This document shows, piece by piece, positions 22,114-24,000 of a DNA stretch of 24,000 nt. The position numbers and the translations under genes were made by a program. Origin of the DNA: Candidatus Paceibacter normanii SCGC AAA255-P19 (lineage in GTDB: Bacteria > Patescibacteriota > Minisyncoccia > Minisyncoccales > Paceibacteraceae); the NCBI GenBank assembly GCA_000398025.1, contig ASKX01000006.1, positions 14,759 through 38,758 on the forward strand, written 5' to 3'. The notes beneath the pieces were generated by a model. That model was not told where the DNA came from. It saw only the letters and a list, made by a program, of their open reading frames with translations, and ran no database searches. Within the stretch, counting starts at the first letter, position 1, and every line of letters starts with the position of its first letter.

Positions 22114-23446
22114 ATGTCTTTAGAAAATTAACAACTCTTTTGGCGTCATCTTGAGAGATGTTAATGTGAGTTGGCAGGTTCAAAATGCTTTTAGCTACTT
22201 TTTCTGCTCGGGGACAACTACCCAAAAGGTATTGCATCTTCTCAATATCAGTATCTGGCGGAACCACTGGGCTTTTCCTCCAGCCATCATCCAAATAAAT
22301 TTTCCTTTTTCTGGCTGCTTTTAAAACGTCACTAGTATTAAGATTGGTTAAAACAGGATAGCGCATAAAAATCGGCTGTCTGGCGCCCCAAGGCTTAGGC
22401 GATGAACTTCGTTCATCTTCACCCTTCGCTAACGCTCGGGTAGCTAAAGGTAAATAAAAGTTTATTAGTTCTCTTTCGTAAAATTTGGCAATCTCCCTTC
22501 GGTGTTCATTAAATCTCTCTAATTTTTTAAATTGATTTAAACCTAGAATGGCTAGGGCATTGGGAAGAAATTTGGGAAAATGCTGGGGAATTTTTCCCTT
22601 TTTCTCTTTCTTATAGACTGCTTTAGAAAGAATTAAAAGTTTATGGAAAACCCCAATAATCACTCTTCCCAGGGTTGAGTTTACTCCATAAGCTGGCAGA
22701 ATTAAATAATTCATTAAAATGGGATGCCAAAGTTGCTGACAAATCCAGAAACTGGAAGGAAAAAACAACCCAGCTTGAAATCTCTTTAGCCCCTCCCCTA
22801 TTTTTTCATTATTAGTAACTGCCAGGCCGCCAAAAACCGAAGAAATTATTTTGTCTCTACCAAAACTAAAGAAAGCGACATCTCCGAAGGTACCGCAAGG
22901 TCTTCCTTCATATTTTGCTCCCAAAGAATGAGCACAATCCTCTATCAGGTATAAATTGTTCTCCCTGGCGATTTTTAAAATTTCTTCTATTTTAGCTGGC
23001 CAGCCAAAATTATGCTGTATCATTATGGCCTTTGGAGCTCGCCCTGAGTTTATCGAATGGGTAATTTTTCTTTTGAGGTCTACCGGGTCAAGATTTAAAG
23101 TATCATCAATATCCACATAAACTGGCTTAGCTCCTCTTTCTAAAATAGGATTAACAGCTGAATTGCAAGTGAAGGCCTGCAACAAAACCTCATCTCCATT
23201 TTTTATTTCCAGGGCATCCAAAATTGCCATCAAAGCTGACCTGCCGCTATTAAAAGAAATAGCATATTTTACTCCCAAATATCTTTTGAATTCTTCCTCT
23301 AATTCTACTGTCGGAGGTCGGGACTCCGAAGGTTGTTCCTTTTGCCAACGCCAAGGCTGAAAAAGTAATTTCAAAGCTAAAAAGACATCATCTTTTTCGG
23401 TATTGGGTGATAAAGATATAGAAATGGGCCGAAAGAAATTCATCAT
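22103..23446 (-). CDS. DegT/DnrJ/EryC1/StrS-family PLP-dependent aminotransferase-like protein
   Basis: FNSGRSALMAIL, EDCAHSLGA and FSFGRDKIISS (putative PLP lysine). It contains an in-frame hairpin-repeat copy (KGEDERSSSPKP). Confidence 0.85.
   Translation of the reverse strand: MMNFFRPISISLSPNTEKDDVFLALKLLFQPWRWQKEQPSESRPPTVELEEEFKRYLGVKYAISFNSGRSALMAILDALEIKNGDEVLLQAFTCNSAVNPILERGAKPVYVDIDDTLNLDPVDLKRKITHSINSGRAPKAIMIQHNFGWPAKIEEILKIARENNLYLIEDCAHSLGAKYEGRPCGTFGDVAFFSFGRDKIISSVFGGLAVTNNEKIGEGLKRFQAGLFFPSSFWICQQLWHPILMNYLILPAYGVNSTLGRVIIGVFHKLLILSKAVYKKEKKGKIPQHFPKFLPNALAILGLNQFKKLERFNEHRREIAKFYERELINFYLPLATRALAKGEDERSSSPKPWGARQPIFMRYPVLTNLNTSDVLKAARKRKIYLDDGWRKSPVVPPDTDIEKMQYLLGSCPRAEKVAKSILNLPTHINISQDDAKRVVNFLKTYGD
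22399..22435 (-). repeat. hairpin-repeat family copy, inverted, inside the aminotransferase coding sequence
   Basis: The plus strand reads GGCGATGAAC ttc GTTCATC TTCACCCTTCGCTAAC. This is near-identical to the reverse complement of 10091-10125, with a compensated G:C to C:G stem pair. Confidence 0.75.
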
Positions 23447-24000
23447 TGATTATTGATCACTAATTTTCTTAATAGCTCTGGAGGCACTCGGCTTTCCAAA
23501 AGCATTGTGTCTCCTTCTTTGCAAAAATTTTTAATTTTCTCCAAAATTTCTTTTGGCTTCTCGAGAAATATAGCTTTATCGCCTGCTCCCTCCTTGATTT
23601 CTTTAAATCTATCTTTGGTGGTAATAATGGCTAAATCACAGACCTCTCCAATCTTCTTTCCTATCTTTTGATGAACTGCCTTTGAGGCTCTGCCCAATTC
23701 AATCAAACAAGGCATAACAATAACTTTCCTGCCAGGAAGGGCTTTCAGATATTCCAGATGAGAAATTACGCCAGTAGGATTAGCAGAATAAGTAGCGTCA
23801 ATGATTTTAAAGCCGCCAATCCCCTGTTTTACCTGAATCCCCGGTATTTTATTCTCAATTTTGTCTAAAGCTTTGGAGATTTCTTCTTCGGTCATTCCTA
23901 ACTCACTGGCTACAGCCATAGCTCCCAAAATATTTTCTTCCCCAGTAAAGGTAGCTCTTTCGCCATAAAGTTTTTTCTTGATCTTAGTCTTTTCGTAAAG
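23443..24000 (-). CDS. murF: UDP-MurNAc-tripeptide--D-Ala-D-Ala ligase, C-terminal part (5' end beyond the window)
   Basis: The frame is open to base 24000 (LYEKTKIKKKLYGERATFTGEENILGAMAVASELG...). IIDATYSANP and MPCLIELGRASKAVHQKIG match MurF C-domain motifs. The stop is TGA, overlapping the next gene's ATG. Confidence 0.9.
   Translation of the reverse strand, partial: LYEKTKIKKKLYGERATFTGEENILGAMAVASELGMTEEEISKALDKIENKIPGIQVKQGIGGFKIIDATYSANPTGVISHLEYLKALPGRKVIVMPCLIELGRASKAVHQKIGKKIGEVCDLAIITTKDRFKEIKEGAGDKAIFLEKPKEILEKIKNFCKEGDTMLLESRVPPELLRKLVINNQ

Noticed and set aside
23443-23446. Alternative genetic code (UGA or UAG reassignment, as in some candidate phyla)
   Set aside because: All conserved genes translate full-length under the standard code. 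murF terminates at TGA, dnaK at TAG and most others at TAA, each at the expected protein end. No recoding is needed.
879-23671. Antisense or alternative-frame ORFs inside well-supported genes. These are 879-1196, 1359-1715, 2660-2938, 2916-3161, 4383-4571, 5689-6027, 5706-5945, 7797-8003, 7946-8128, 10457-10639, 11997-12203, 12158-12349 and 12746-12976. Also 14090-14446, 14191-14583, 14322-14615, 14770-14988, 15371-15583, 16796-17020, 17300-17488, 20648-20989, 21120-21368, 23163-23360 and 23453-23671.
   Set aside because: Each lies within or opposite a gene with clear family motifs. Their products are low-complexity (S/L/F-rich, typical of antisense K/E-rich coding), and they have no independent expression signals.
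1-24000. CRISPR arrays, rRNA genes, IS elements or transposases, prophage structural genes
   Set aside because: No regularly spaced repeat array was seen, no rRNA-like conserved blocks, and no DDE/HUH/serine recombinase ORF. The only recombinase is the Xer-type tyrosine recombinase.

Overview
This is a low-GC bacterial chromosomal segment. Hand-sampled lines give about 40% GC in housekeeping genes, about 30% in two cassettes and about 60% in one RNA locus. The tight gene packing, the near absence of Shine-Dalgarno sequences, -10 boxes abutting start codons, and a murF / DegT-like / FemAB-like / ftsQ cluster beside a GT39-type glycosyltransferase suggest a small-genome Patescibacteria/CPR-like organism; that placement is inference only. 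The housekeeping genes are gltX (5' partial), uppS, rpmA, pyrG, rplI, an S41 C-terminal protease, tRNA-Lys(UUU), dnaJ-dnaK-grpE, corA, GT39, ftsQ, FemAB-like, DegT-like and murF (partial). Between gltX and uppS (about 1.8-9.3 kb) lies an accessory stretch. It holds a GC-rich, terminally paired ~205-nt RNA gene of unassigned class, a Xer-type tyrosine recombinase and an orphan 186-aa gene. It also holds an AT-rich overlapping AAA_21-type ATPase + RloB/Toprim pair (AbiL/RloAB-like), a membrane-anchored 331-aa orphan flanked by ~75-nt direct repeats, a VIT-family transporter, a GC-rich 77-aa orphan that is the only gene here with a strong SD, and an ATP-cone + PD-(D/E)xK nuclease fusion. The most unusual signal is a dispersed hairpin-repeat family (ATGAA-stem-TTCAT plus a CG tail). 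It has 8 copies, shows compensatory stem changes, and three copies are read in frame inside ORFs as G-D/E-E...S-S-S-P. No CRISPR array, rRNA or recognisable IS element was seen. All coordinates were indexed by hand, so small features may be off by 1-2 nt.
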